Below are positions 1-15,600 of a stretch of DNA of 64,000 nt, piece by piece. The stretch covers positions 1,798,001 through 1,862,000 of the forward strand of contig LSRY02000004.1 of assembly GCA_001643675.2 (NCBI GenBank). Reading direction: 5' to 3'. Positions within the stretch are counted from its first letter, which is position 1, and each line of letters opens with the position of its first letter. The stretch comes from Monocercomonoides exilis PA203 (Eukaryota; Protista; Preaxostyla). The position numbers and the translations under genes are program-made. The notes under the pieces were generated by a model. It was given only the letters and a program-made list of their open reading frames with translations, had not been told where the DNA came from and ran no database searches.

Positions 1-672
1 ATATTTTGAGTGGACTTAATTGAATTCATTTTTTTCAAGTAAGATTTGTGTTTTTTCGGGGATTTTTTGTTAACTGTTTTTGTCGTTTTGTTATTTTATT
101 TTTTTCAATTAAAATATTTGTTTCTTATGGTTTGTATCTCACAAATTTTTATTTAGCATTTTTAAAATGAGTTGATCTTATTGATTTTATTCATTCAATG
201 GAATACAACATTTGAATTAAGATTGAAAAAGAAATTTCAATATTTTAAGAATTGTCATAAAAATTAAAACATGAAATGAATTTATTTTTTAAAAAGAAAA
301 GCTATGCAACCGAAAATAAAATATTAAAAACGATATGCTGATATGATTACAGCTTCATTTACAATATTTCTTCTTTCTGAACAAATCAAACATCTACAAA
401 ACTTAAAATATCGACTAAAAAAACGAAAAAGATTCATTAAACAAAAGAATAAAATATTTTTTATAATTAAAAAATTGAAATTTGCAGACGGTTAGAGGTT
501 CCGAATTCTTCAATCAAATTAAAATCTCACATAAACAGCCTCCACAATAGATACACAGCAAAATAAAAAAAAAAAAAAAACTAAACATACAAATTGACAA
601 TAAAAAAATAAGAAAGGAGATTCTTATTCTTGCTTTTTTCATTCTGATGTTCAAGAAATTTTAATGGTGCCA

Positions 673-3600
673 TTAAGATTGCAGAGTTCTATTCATTTTC
701 AATACTTGCCTCTGCAAAGTCAAAGCTTCCATAAATATATTTTCAAACAATTCTCCTTCAACAGGTGACTTTTGTATTCTGGTTCTTTTACCACTTGATT
801 TTTGTTTATTAATACTCATTTTATTACCCTCTCTATCTTCATCCCCACTCTTCTCTTTCATTTCATCTTCCTCTTCATGTTCGCCACTATATTTGCTTTT
901 CTCATCATCCTCGTCTTCATCATAACCTGTTGAGCTTCGGTGTGTTCCTTCTCCATCAAGCACTGTAGCCCTATGTATTGGATAAAATGTATTGTCGCCT
1001 TTCAGATATTTTCCGATCAGCCACAATTCATCTCCTCCAACAAGATTTATCCTTTCTCTAACAGTATCCACTTCGCTCTTTAGCCCTTGCCTTATGCACT
1101 CATTCATCTTTTCCTTAGTTGCAATAATTGATTTTTTAAGTTCTGCCACATATGGATATTTCTCTTTTATTCCACTTTCATCATCATCCTCGTTACCGTC
1201 ACCACTTGATCCTATTAAAGAAGATACATCAAAACCTTTTTCTCTTTGTTGTTCTATGTATTCGTTCAACTGAAACTGGTACTGCTGTATTTCATTCATA
1301 AATTTCTCTTTCTGTGCTTTAAGCAGCTTTGCCTTTGTCTTTCTTTTTCTCTTCTCTTCTCTTCTCTTTCCAAATATTGTCTCGTTAACATAAATATATG
1401 CTGCAAAATAGCGCCACGGATTGTGATCTTCATCTCTGTGTTTGGAAAATTCATATCCACGTGACATAAACGGATTGGATGGCATTCCACATGCAAAGCA
1501 CTTTTCTGTTCTTTCTTGTACAGCTTTATCTCGCTCATCCGAAAGCTCATCAAAAGTATCCACAATAATACCGGAAATGATCCCAAGAAGAATTACTGAT
1601 AATATCATAAAGTACAACATCATGTACACAAAGTCTGCAAACTGTGATCCCGCATGATCATTTGTCCCATCCCAGCCTGCAAAGAGAAATCGTTCTTGCA
1701 TCCATTTTCCACCTGTCATCATCCCCGCAACCATCACAAGGAAGCAGCGAAACACATCGTCACAGACGATTCCTGCATCTGGATCATCGCTGTATTGAAG
1801 CAATGAAGAACGAAAGAAGCGCAGCCCAATAATTCCGAAGAGATAACAAACGACGACCAACAGTAGACCAGTAAATATCAGTTCGGCTGCATTGTGAGAG
1901 ATTGAATGGAAAATCATGTGGACTATTCGCGATTGGTCCAGGATATCTAAAAGAGGAACGAGGAAAAATGCAGGAGAAACTGCAAGTCCCAACACGGGTG
2001 AAACAATATATGCAACCAATGTCCAAATTTCTCTGTTTGTAAGGATGGATATTGCGTAGCATTTTGCATGAAAGGCAAACGAAATATTGATTGGAGATTT
2101 AGCTGATTCCTTCAAGATCAAATTGAATACATCGTCCGAGTTCAAAGACAAAGAATTTTCTTCGTCTTTACTACGTGTGCCTTCCTCATCATTGCTGCCT
2201 TCAGATATATTCTTTTGTGCATTTTTTTCTGTTTTTGTTGCAGAAGTAGATGCTGATATAAAAAAGTTGGTTTGATTTTTTGGATCGTTATTTTTTGATG
2301 ATGCTTTTTGCTTTTCTTTCTTTTCTTTCTTTCGCATCTGTTTAATGTTTGCAATCTCTTCTTTACGCTTTTTGCGCTCTTCCAAGAACTCCTCCAAAGT
2401 CTTTCCCGTCTCTTCCCAAATCTTTGCCGCTTGCTCTCTTCTCTTTTCCCAATAGTATCGCTCAGCTCTAATGTGGAATTTTAGCATAAACTTGGACACA
2501 AGTATAAACGACGAAGTGACAATAAGCACAGTTGCCAATATGGCAGTGATAATGAAGAATGTTCTGTTGGATATACTGTCACCGTCCAAAGCGTCTGATG
2601 GAATGAAAATCACCATCACGTTCAGGACAATCGCAACAATGTTAAACAGGATCCGCATAAACGATATGAACTTTGAGCGAGTAAGAAAGTAGCTAAACAT
2701 TCTTGAAGCCATTTTTGCTTTTGGAATTTTCTGAATCGCAATTTTTTCCGAAGAACTTGAAGGGTCCAACATTCTGGCAAGTGATGAATTCACTTGCCCA
2801 GCATTATTGCTTTCAGCATTATTTGTAATTTCATCTGGTTCTTTGGTCATTGATGAGTTCTGTTTCAATGTATTTTGAGAGGAAGATGAAGATACAACAT
2901 ATTTTTGCTGATTGCTATTGTTCTTTTTTAACATTTCATTCTCGTCTTTCTCTTTTTCAATTCTCTTTGGCCAGTGCCTCTTCTTCCAATCTTTCATTCT
3001 GGACTTTATTTGTGCAACTTCGTACAGATCTGAGCATCGAGTTGAGAACTCAGCCAGCTTTCCTGGCAGATTCGAGTGATCCAGATCTCCCATCACAGCT
3101 TCCTTGTCATCGTCGCTAAGCTCGTTGCACAAAGAAGGAATTGGGAAGAAGTACTTCTGCAAGTTTCCATCGCGAACTATTTCCACCCATGTAATGCATT
3201 TTGAAAACATTGGTTCAAATACTATATGTAGAGAAAGATCAACAGCTTCCTCTTGCTCAAGCTGAGAGCTCAAAATCTCTAAATTATCTTCGGCTATGCT
3301 ATCTTCTTCTTTGTCCTCATCATTTGTATTATCAGAATTAATTTCATTTGACATTAGCAGAGGATCGGTTATATCCAATTCTTCAAAGTCATTTAATTCA
3401 TCATTGTCTTCTTGTGAAAGTGTTCCGATGATGTTGTTTCCACTTTGATTTCCGTTCAACCCTGTATTCATTTTATCACCTTTGCTGTTTAAGGCAACTT
3501 TTGCTTTCCTCTTTTTGGGTTTTTTTCCTGTAACAATCCATTTTTCTTCTTCTTCATCCCACAATTTCATATTTCCAACCCTCTCGAATCCAATTGGCAA

Positions 3601-6600
3601 TTTGGCCACTTTCTCCAAGACCCCCCATTCACCAACATCATCGCCATCTAATTTCATCTCAACTTTGGCTTTCTCCTCTTCATCTCTGTCGAGAATCTGA
3701 CGATATAGTATGTATGCATTCAGACCTTCTCTGAAGAATATCTCTTTCTCTTGATCTGTTTCGAATGTATCCATAATGTCACTTCGCAAAATCATTGCAT
3801 ATGCAGCCACTCTTCGGATCAATCCGTGTCTAATTCTTGTTAATCTTGACAGTTTCACCGCACGAACAGCTCCTCCACTTCCCTCAAGCACTGCTCGAAC
3901 CAAAGACACAGCAGCGCTGGTAAGCCTCCGCTCAGCCAGAGACAAAGCTTTGCTTGATTCAACAATATCTCCTGCAGACGTCAGGAGATCACTTGTGGCA
4001 GACCGCGTATATTTTCTCTCTGTTGGTGCAAGTGGGTTTCCTTCCTTTTTTGAAAGCAGTGTGAAGTAATCTGAAGCTCTTTGGAACAATCCTTTTGATT
4101 TATTGAATTTCATTCTCAACTCTCTTTCATGTTTGAGAAGTGATAGACCAATCTCATCTATTTTCAATTTTAGAGAGAAAAGAGAGTTTATAAGTTTCAA
4201 GCCAGCATCACTGGAGACGAAAAACAATTGGTTTTGCTCATTGGGTCCTTTCATTGTTGCAGCCATAGCATGAAGAGAAAGTGTAATGTGATGGAGCATT
4301 TCATCCGCACTCATCCCCAAATTGTTATTCAATGAAGAAAAAGACAACGGAAGCTTGCTTTCAATGAGCAACGATAATCCATAATCAACTGCTTTTGAAT
4401 CACTGAATTCTGAATCATCTGAAGTTGTTTGCAAAGATATCGATTCATTGGATGAAGGAGCATTCGCTTTATCTGTTGCATTATCCACAACAGCAGGATC
4501 GAATAAGCTGAAATATGCCTCAGGAAACGAGTTTGGTATAATTGCGTTAACATATTCTATAACTGCTAAAAGGATATTACCTTCACCTCTGAAAGCAACT
4601 CCATCTTCGTTCACGCATCCGCTTCCTCTGAGTACTTCTTGCGCTTTGAAGTTGTGTCCGTAGCAAAGTTGCCCCATTAATGCAAACACAGACTGAATCA
4701 AAGTGTGGGCACAATTATCCTCCTTTTGAGAGGAGAAAAGATTTGGTGGAGTTGATGAGGTTGGAAGAATAGCAGTTTTTGCGGATGGAGAATGAGATGG
4801 AGTTGGAGTTGGAGTTGGAGAAGTGCTTGGCATATTTGATGAAACTGATTGCGTCAACGGAAAAGTTGAATCAATTTTTGCAGTTGAACTCTGAGCAAAG
4901 AATTCCATATTATTCCACCAAGGTGATGCACGAACAGAGATTGTTTCGTTTTGGATGATTGCTTCAATACACTTTCCAAAAGAAATCTCATTCTTATTTG
5001 TTGTCGAAAGCGACGAAGAAAGAGAAGAAGTTTCTGGTTCAGAATTGCTATCTTTTTTGTTGCACAATATGTCAATAAGTCTGTTTCGAACTGTTTCATT
5101 TCCTCCAACCAGCAAGAACAACAAAACACGAAGTGAGCGCAAAGTATTCTCTTCAGACAAAGTGCTTGCCTCCAGTGAATCTGCAGCAGCAGATGAATAA
5201 TTGAATGAAGATGCCAGCTCATTATTTGAGAGCAATGATGAGATTGCATTGTCGCACATACCACAACGAAATGCAAACAGCTGCTTGTTTATTACATCTG
5301 TTAAAGAACCAAGGAAAACAGACATTTGAAGAGAGGATGCATCAAAGGGAGATGAATGAGAAAATGTCACCGAAGAAGAAGCGGAATAAGACGAAGATAA
5401 AAGAAAAGAAGAAGATGATGATGACGACGAGGCTGAAGATGATCCAGAATAATCTCCAGGAAAAGTTGAAGTTTCTGTTTTGCAGACTTGCAGCATTGAG
5501 TCATCCTCTTCTTCAATAAGTGACAGAAGCGAGCGAACAAGATACTCCTCCGTGCTGACAATCCAATTCTTTCCTTTCTTTTGTTTTTTTCTTTTTGCAG
5601 TCTGAATAAAAAAGAAGAAGAAGTCCAAAATAACTCCTTTCAAAGTCGCTTCCCATTCGCTTCTGTCTTTACGTTCGGCATCCAAAATCTCAGCAGCCAC
5701 AGCAATTGACTGAGAATGTGTCGGAAGCAGAGAATAGAATGATTGCTGAAGAAGTGATGTAACTCTTGCAAACGCTTGCGGATTCTTCTGAGTCATCTCC
5801 ACAAGCGAGGAGAAGAAGCAAATCGACTGGAAACTCATTTTATAAGCAAACATGGAATGAAATAGCGTACAAAATAGATTCCATCGTTGAAGAACCAAAG
5901 CATCAGAGCCAGTTGCAAGATTGCTTAACGTCAATGGAGAGAAAATATTCCCAACACTTTTTGAATTTCCATTTCCTGTTTTCAGGTCTTTTTTCGAAGC
6001 ATTCATTATTAGTGTCTGTGAACGACTTAGGGTACCAAAATGTCCTGCATTGCCTTGCTTTTGGTTAAAGCACAAAAGAGATGCAAGCTCAGTCATTTGC
6101 TTGTACAATTTATCGCAGTATTGATACAATTCTCCACTGATCGGTGCTGTTAGCGGTGATGATGAGCCAAAGAAGATTGACAAGTTGATGATATTTGGAT
6201 ATGATCCTTGGGAAAATAACATCGGGGAAAGTTTTGGTGTTGGAGTATCGTCAGATTCTACGAACGAAGAAGGTGTGCTTACTGGTGTGGAATTCTGCTG
6301 CTTGCTTGTTGAAAGAAATGGTGCAGATAGTAATCTTTTGTGGGAAGGTGAATTTGAAATCGTGTTCGAATTTTCTGAAGGTGTGGCAGCTAAAGATGGA
6401 GTATTGCTTGAATTTTGTCTGATATGAGCAGTAGATGGAGAGCCAGCAATTGAAGTTGACGATGCAGAATTTTTGCTCAAAGGCAAATTGATCATCATTG
6501 GAATTGCAGCAGAATAATAGTGCTTGGCTGCCTCTCTTCTCCAAAGCAGTGGGCTGTGAGTGTAAGCTAAAGAAGTCTGCAAACTGGAATAAATTCCCAG

Positions 6601-9600
6601 AAGTGTATTTGTGGAATCGGTGAGAAGAATACAGATATTCTTTTGAAGTGCCTCAGAAATCTGAAACGGAGTTCGTGACAAATCAAGAGTGCTTGATGAA
6701 AATGGAGAAATCACAGAAAGAGGAGAAGAAGAAGAAGAAGAAGGCAATAATGAATCTTCTGTTGAAGTTGATCCATTTTGCAAAAGAGAAGAATTTTCTT
6801 CATCTTCTTCGCTTTTCTTCTTCTCTTCACTTTCACCTTCAAACTTCTTCTTTGTGTATCTTCGGAGAAGCTCAGAGCCATGAAGCATCTGCGAGAATGA
6901 GTACTTTTCCACAATAAAAGTCACAAGTGTTGTGTTAAAGAACGTCTCAATGAAAAGAGACAGAGATGATAAAAGAGAAGAACACAGCGAATGAACAGAA
7001 AAGACCAGTTCGCGATTGCTTTCGAGAGCATCAGAAACCAATGCGCCAATGTTGAAGGAATCACCTTGAGAGGAACAGAGGGGAGGAGGAGGAACTGGTG
7101 CTTGCGGAGCATTGTCTGCCGTATGAGAGATGGAAAGTGGAGATGATTCAGCTTCTTTTATATTTGCTCTGTCCATCATCTGCACAAAGTATGCTTCTAT
7201 TCCGCTATGTTTGATATCCAAAGCTGTGAGGAAAGACATAACTGGAACAATGCTATCAAGAAAATCTTCAAGAAGCACAATTTCGTCTGCCTCCAAAGTG
7301 ATCACCGAGGCATATGGAGAAGGTGGAAGGAAAACCCTCACAGGGAAAGGAGACGACTTGGAAATGACAGGAACGAAATCGATGGGCACAAATGACTTCT
7401 TTTTGACATGTCGCAAACGAAGTGTGCCAAAAGGTGAGTTGCCTGTGGAAAGCGTAGGCAATGACACTTCTGATGACGAGGCAGATAAACTTTCACTTGA
7501 AAGAGAGTGTGAATACGAATGAAAAGGGTTAGGCGAAGAAGAGACGGACGAACCTGAATGAACTGTTTTCGCAACAACAGAGGTTGTTCTGACGCTGACA
7601 TATGGTGTCAGATATGCGTGTGTTAAGAATGAAAAATAGGCTGATAGCACTTTTGTTCTCTTGATAATCCTTTCAGTTACGCTCAAATCATCATCTTCAT
7701 CCTCTTCCTCCTCCATATCGTCATCATCTTCGTTCTTAAGTTCGTTCGTATCACTGTCAGCTCTCTCATCCTTATCAGAAGGCTCGCTTTTATTGTTTTG
7801 TTTGGAAATGCTTCTTTTTGTTTTCTTTCCAGTAATAGGAAAAGATTGTTCAACTTTCGTCTGCTTCTTCATTCCCTCTTTATTATCTTGTGCATCATCA
7901 TCACCTTTTGCTGATCCTTTTCTCTTATTCAAGCATTCCCCAACCATCTCTCCAATCTTCACTAACACTTTGTTTCTCTTTTCGTCTTTCAAAATGTCTG
8001 CCACCAAAGAAAGCGGAAAGCACATCCGACAGAATTGCTGAGCCTGTCTGCTGAATCCTCCTGCACATACAGACGATAAGAGAGAGAGAATGGCGAGATG
8101 GAAAGGAAGCGAACACAGGAAAGAAGATGCAGAATGGTAATTTCTGAAAGAGCCTGACTCTGTGCGAGCAGTTGAATACAAAAGAGAAGAGGTAGAAGAA
8201 GAGTCTTTAGAACCTACAAAGGAAGATAAACTGAAGTTGCTCTCTTTTCCATTGTTAATTCTGCTTGTGCCATCATCCAAAGAACGAGGTTTCAGTTTCT
8301 TTGATGTTATTGATTGCACTTCTGCTGCATTAATCGCAGCATTAATAATTTTGTTTCCTTCTTTTGTTTTAAGAAACGAAAGAATGATTGCCTGTGAAGA
8401 AGGCGAAACAGCAGTTCCATCAAATGCAATTGAAGAGAGGACATTTGTTATCAAAAGAATTGGATGTTCTGAAGATTCGCTTTTATGTGCATTTGTCACA
8501 GAACAATTTTGTGTGTCAATACCCTGCGTCTCTTTCTCAACTTGTATTTCAAACGCAAATTGAAGAAGATAACAGCAAAATTCAACCACAGTATTCCCCT
8601 TTGCATCAGTTGGACTCATTTTCCCGTTGTTGGAGCTGCTATTCCCATGAGAAGTTGATCCTGATTGATTGTCCAATGTTGAATCTTCAGCGTTTTTGTT
8701 TTCATTAGTCGCATCTTCTTCCTCTTTGTCTTCGTCTTCGTCTGCTTCTTCTCTTTGCTGTTTCTCTTTCCTCTTCATGCTGTTAATTGCTCTTTCAATC
8801 AACAAGGAAAGACCTTTAATCTTCTCGTCGCTGAAGATGAGGATAAGAAGCAATGGAAACAAAGCAATAAGATCAGAGCAATCAGATTGTTGTGGAGGAG
8901 AAGAAGCAGCAAGAAGCACTGTGATGCACATCTGAAGGAGCGATTGCACAGGATTCGTGTGGTCTCTTGTCCATTTCGAAGAGGATTGAGAATTTGCTGA
9001 TGCTGAGGAAGATGTTGATTGCATTGTCAATGAATAGCTTTCTCCTGCCGAATTTGAACTATTCAGTTTTTCTTTCTCCCGATATAGTATCAACTTCCTT
9101 GCAGTCGAAAATGCCTTATCAACCTGCTGTTTTGTCCTGAGTTCTGATGCGTTGTTAACATCAGCAGACTGAAAAGATAAAGAGTTCTTTGAGTTTTGGA
9201 TGATATCAAACGCATACACAAGTGGAAGTAACTCAGCTGGAATGCAAAAGCGGAGTACGGACGATATGATTGATGCTCCGTCCATCGAAAAGAACAGCCT
9301 TTGGGACAGCGGATGCACAGCATAAGAGCTGAGCTGTGCTGCTTCAAGCTCAGACAAAGAATGCTGTTTGTTGACACAGACAGACATGCTAGAGGAACGG
9401 GAGGCAGACGAGGAAAGTGTTTCAAGCGCATAAGATGACAAAGACGAGGAAGAAGCAAAAGAAAAAGAAGAAGAGGTTGCAATGGAAGCAGTAATTTGAT
9501 TTTGGAGAGCACTTCCAACTTCAAATGGGTTAAGAGTTCGCAATTTGAGGGAGTTTGTTGAGCGAATGAATGGAAATTCAAGTTCAGGATCGACTTTTGA

Positions 9601-12600
9601 TGAAGCATTTTTTGAAGCTGAAGAAGAAGAAGAAGAAGCTGATTGCTGTCCTTTTGTTGGCAAAGGCTGGTCAAATAGGAGATGGAGCAAATTAACAAGC
9701 AAACAATAAACATCGCTTATGCACACAACAAGACGGCCTGAATCAAGCAATCTCTTTTCTTTCATTTTCATCTCGATTAGAAGCTCAGCTGATTTTGAAT
9801 GTTTTTCTTTTGAATTAGCTGATTGAATCAACGAATTTGATGCAACTTTGTGCCTCAGATAATCCATTGACAACTGATATATAACATTAAGATAATTTCC
9901 CTTGCGTTGAAGAATTGCCCATTCATTCAGTACAGCACACATCGCTTCTGCTGTCCATCGCAATAAAGTGCTCATCGCATTCACGTAAGAAAATGTTGTT
10001 GGAGCCGAAGAAGACCCAACTCCAGTCTCTGATTCAACTTCTTTTGCAATTGTGTTGGATCTTTTTGGTTTCACGTTTTCGTCTGTATAAATCTCAGCAT
10101 TCTTAAGCGCATTCCACAGTCGGTAAAAGGAAGTGTTCTCACGCGAAAGGAGAAGAGCGAACTGAGTGTAGAGGAAAGGATGTGTATCCTGAGTGAAAAC
10201 AGAGTTTGTTGCTTTCAACAAACCACAGAAAAATGAAGTGGGTGTGTTTGATTCAATGAGATGGGTGAATGAAGAAGTCAGTGTTTGAGTGAATGAGGAG
10301 GAAGGTGAGGAAGCCACCAGTGTGGAAGACGGAGTCTGCGCTGGAGACAAAGCAGCTGTACCAATCTCGTTAAATGACTCAACAAAGAAGTCGAAGGAAG
10401 CATCAACGCATTCAGACTGAATGCTTTCATCAACAACACGCAGCAGCTGCAGAATGAACTGCTGTGTGTGCAGAAGCGTCTGCTTGTACAAAAAGGAAGA
10501 GCGTGTCAGATTTGACAAGGGGAGTGATGATGATGATGATGATGATGAGATTGTGTTGTGAAGATTCAATGGCAAAAGAGGTGGCAATGAAGATGAATAG
10601 AAATGTGAGAGTTGCACAGATTGTTCATCGCGTAGTGTTGGCAAGGGAAGTATTGCAGACACTGCAGAGGCTGACAGAGGAATAGCAGGAGAATTCAATG
10701 AGCTGCCTTTGTATTTCTGTATTTGAGATGGTTGCTTGTTCTCTCCTTCGTTTTCTGCTTCAATGGCAAAATAGCACCCACCTTCATCAACTTCCCACAG
10801 CCTTCTTTCATCAATGAAAGTTTTGTTGCTTTTTGAATAGCCTTTTCCTTGTGTATTTAAACCCCAATTATCTTCTTCATCGTTGTCATCGTCGTTGTCA
10901 TCATCATTTGCATTCATTGCTGGATCATTTCCATCCACATTCTTCTCTCTCTCCAGCATCTTCATCTTCTTCCTCTCCACAATCCTCTCTTTTATCTCCT
11001 CTTCTTCTGCCTCCTTCCTTCCTTCCTCCGCGCAGAACCGCTTCAGCGAGTTCAAACAGCGCCGAAGCAGCTTCTGAGGAAGAATCGAAAGGGCACATTG
11101 TCTTGTCCGGAGGAGATGAGCAATCAAAGACACAGCTACAGAAATGTATTGCAACTGCTCTACAGAAAGCGATGGCGCAATTATTTCAACTTCTTCCTCG
11201 TCGTTGCTGCTTCCATTTCCTGTCTTATTCTTTTTCTCTCTTTTCACGAGCTGCGAGACGGCTGATTTACCATCTTCAGACGGGCCGAATGTGGTGGAGT
11301 CGCAGAGAATGACAAGTGAATTGAAAAGAGTGATGGCAAATGAAGAGGGCGCTGTGTGGGCTGGCTTTGGAAGTGAGGTTGAAGGGCAATAGCTGGAAAG
11401 ATGGGCAAATTGAAAGTGGCTTGGTGAAGTGTTTGAAGAAGAAGAAGAAGAAGAAGAATTTGATATCAGCTTTTGAAATGAAAGTGGAGTGGAGAACAAA
11501 TCTGGAGATGAAGCAACAGGTGAATCAGACACAGCATTGCGGTTGTAAACCAGATGATGTCGCATAATTCTGCCTTCGCCTTCCTCTTTCTTTCTAATCA
11601 TCTCTCTCCATCTGTTTGCGCGGAAGAATTCCTGCTCTTTTGGTGCAATGGCATCCAAAACAGGCGGCGGAACAGGAAGTGCAGAAGATGACGAGCTGAA
11701 CATCGAAGAAGTTGAGCGCAAACTTCTTTGACTTTCCTTTTGTTTGCCTCCGTTTTTGTTGCTGTCTGCTTTCTGCTCTTCGCCAAATGAGCCGTCTTCG
11801 AAGTAGAGCAGCCGAGTCAGCGCGATCAGCTGTGTCTTCACAGAGACAGGGACAGCAGAATCGAATGTGCTTTCAAAGCAGACAAGACGCTCGAGAACAG
11901 AGAGAGGGAAAAGCGAACGCAGCGAAGACAAGATGAAAGGGCGTTGTGTGTGGGAGAGTGTGATGAAGAAAGAAAGGAGAGAGAGATGAAGCGTCATGAA
12001 GGGGATCATTTGGGAAGATGGGATGGGATGAGTGCCTGATGAAGAGAGTGAAGAAGAAAAAGAAGAAGAAGAAGTTAAATTTTGTTGTGAGGAAGTTGAC
12101 TGGGGAAGCTTAGATAGGTCAGCATTAAGAACAAGGATGAAGCTATTTTGCTTGTTTGAAGAATAAGAAGAGGCAGAGGAAGAGGAAGAAGATGAATTTG
12201 AAGACGAAGACGAAGGGCAAAGATGTTGGAGAAGCGAAGGAGATTCAATAAGAATGCTGAATATGATGTCTATTGGATGTGCAAGAACATCATCAGAGGA
12301 AGAAGAATGAATTGAATGTTTTGAGCTCATTGAAGATGATTTGCTGCTGTTTCTTTCATTCTTCTTTTCTCTTTCTCTTTCAGCGCATTCTCTTTTGATC
12401 CCCTCTTCGATCTTCTTCTGCTCTGCTGTTTTCTTTTCCTCTTCTTCTTCTTCTTTGAGATGATGAGCAAACAGCGAAAGAGGAGCAATCAGAGGCGAAA
12501 GTAACTTGACAGAGCCATCTTTCTTCAGTGTCATCAAGCTCAAAGACGGATGTGGATGTAAATAAACATCTCCTCTTCCGCTACTGCTGCTGCCAGCTGA

Positions 12601-15600
12601 GTCCAGCAGAGATGAAGCAGAAGAAGAAGAAGGAAGAGAAGGAACAAGAGGAGCACATTGAAGAAGATGGTGCATGCTGTCGAAGTCGTTGAAGGCGATG
12701 GGAGCAAGGCACATGTGAGGCGGGATGCGTGCAATTGATGAAGATGATAGGGAATTCAAAGCAGAAGATGCTTCGGTTGAAGCATTCATCGAATAACTGG
12801 AAGCAGAATGAGAAGAAGAGCGAGGCAAGAATTCAGTGTTAACGTGTTGTATTTGCATTTTTGAGTCAACAGAAGGAGTTGGCACGAAATAATCGATGGC
12901 TGAAAATGCGAATGGGTTGTGGCTGACCTGTTTGGTTGTGCACAGCACGCTCAGCACAGCCAGCATCTTCCTCGAATGCTCAGTGGAGAAGTGGCTTTCT
13001 CGAAAGATGTTCTGATTGTCGTCAGTTTTCGCCCTCATTGAAGTCTGCTTCGCTCTTTTGAAAAGAGAAGATGATGAAGAACTTGCTGAAATTGCCATTT
13101 TACTTGAAATTGGGGTTGTTCCAAGAACATCCTTGTCTTCTTGTGGCGAAGGCGGGACAGGCACTTTCCTCTTTGCTGCTTCTTCTGCCATCTTCGACAG
13201 TTGAATGCAGTCTTCCTTCACAGCATTTTCAGTGGCGATGACTAACTCTTTAATCAGCCCTGGAGGAAGCGAAGACTTCAGCGATGGAGGCAAAGAGGAG
13301 AAAAGTGAAATGAACAAGTCACAGACGGAGTTTTGAACAGAAGGGAGAGATTTCAAAAGAGGAAGAAGATAATTCCGGAGAGTTAAAATGAGAGCATCTT
13401 TGGTTGGATTAAGAGGGGAAGAAGGAAGAGAAGAAGAAGAAGTAGCGGTGGTAGTTGAAGGCAGAGGAAGTGATTCAATTGAGTGAATGAGGCTGGCTTT
13501 GATGTTGGAAGACAGTTCAGACACACTCCAAAGCAAGGAAGAAAAAGGAAGGACATCAAAAGCAGCAGAAGAAGAAGCAAAAACAAGACGGGTCAAAAGG
13601 CGAATAAGTTGGATGAGCGAAAGGAAGAGGAGGACAACAAGAGAAGGAGACTGAGAAATAACAGCAGGAATAGCAGAAATGGATAAATGTTGCTGAGAAG
13701 ACTGAGAAGAAGAAGAAGAAGAAGATGTTGATGATGACGATGATGATGATGATGATGATGATTGAGATGCAGAAAAAACAGATTGTTTGAGCTTTGTTGT
13801 CTGTGCCTGTTTGATCGACTTTGCCTGTGTGTCGACAATATTCTGGTAAGAATGAGACAAAGAAGAGAGCGACGCATCCAACCACCTCAGAACATAGGAA
13901 AGGCGAGCGATGGAAGAAAGGATATGCGAATGGAGCTGCTGCGACAGAAGCACTTTTTGTATGATGGCAAAGGGAATGCTCAGGAAACGGTGGGAAAAGC
14001 AGAAAGAGGAAGAGGAGGAGGAAGAAGAAGAGGAAGAAGAAGAATGAAGAGGAATTTGGTGAAATGAGGAAGAAGATGGAGAAGTGATGTCTGCGAGAGG
14101 AATTTGGAAAGAAGGAGGAGAAGAGGATGATGTGGCTGAAAAACAATGAGAAAATATTAATTCCGAATACATTTTGGGAAATGGCAAAGAGAGAACTGAA
14201 GAAGAAGAAGAAGAAGAAGATGATGATGATGATGATGATGATGCTGAAGAAGCCTGTAAGCTGTCTTCATCTTTCTTTTGGCTTTCCTTCTTCAGCCACT
14301 CATTTACGCTGATTTCGTGTTTTTCCTCTCTTTCATTGACTTTTTCAATGCAGTCAGCTATGATGCTATTCAAAGCAGTTGCAGAGATGCTCTTAAAACT
14401 CTGATTAGCAAAAGAAGACGACGAAGACGACGATGCAGTCTGTGAATAAGACACAGAAGTGTCAGTGAAGCTGAGAAGAGCATTAGATGCAGCCAAAAGA
14501 GACCTGTAGGATGGTATCTGGAGGAGAGGGCTGAGCAGATTCGGCTGAGGCTGTGTGAAAGATGGGATGTTTTCATCGAGGCAAAGCGGATCAGACAGAG
14601 AAGAAGGCAAAGTGAGGGTTTTGTCATTCATCAGCTGGAATTGCTTCTTTGTGAGTTCTTCTTCACTCATTTCTTTGTCGTGCTGCATTGAATCAAACAA
14701 GTCGTTTTGTCCTTCTGAAAAGTATAGTGGAAGACTCATATCAGATTCATCACAATCATCCGAATCATCCTCGTTTGTTGCATCTTTCCCCATTTTTCTC
14801 TTGTCTTTCTTCAAATTCTCAAGCAGCACATTATTTTCCTCATCCGTTTTGCACAAGTTGCAGAACTGTGCAATCCCCGCCACTTCATCCTGTGACTCAT
14901 ACAAAAGAGAAAGATAACTGGTTGTCAGCGAAGACGATGTGAAATAAACAGAAGCGCTTTCCAGAGCAGTTTTGATCGAGTCATGCTCCTTCGAAGCTGG
15001 AGACGAAGAGGAAAAATAATCAGAGGAATAATTCTGATTCAGAAGACACAAGTCGCCTGGCTGAATCGGAGGTGGAGGATGCAAAGAAGACAGCTGCATT
15101 GCTTTTTGTCGGCTGGGAGGTTCTTGTAAAGATGGAACACGCAAATTATTTGGTTTATTCTTTTCGTGTAAATTGTGATGCTTCGATAATCCATTTTCTT
15201 CCTCTTCCTCTTCCTCTTCCTCTTCTTCCTTTTGAGCGTCCTTCAATCCCTTTTCTGTCGCCAATTCCACATTCTGCACGAAATGGCGCAGAAACAGCGA
15301 CAAGTCAGGAGGAGACAGAGCCAAACATTTTTCTCCGCCAACTTCAACACATCGCATCAGTGAAATGATTTCCTCTTCATCATCATCTTGCTCTTCTTCT
15401 TCTTCTTCTTTGGGAAGATGAATGAACGGTCTTTTTGACAAACCTAGTAAACTTGCTTTGTTACCAATAGCGTTCTCTTTCCGCTTGCCAAACGCAGAGA
15501 GGATGGCCGAAGAGCCAGCCATCTTCAGCTTTCGGCGCATGTTCGACTCGTTCTGAACAGAAACATTCGTCTCAAAGCCGTCTTCGCTGCCGCGCCACAC

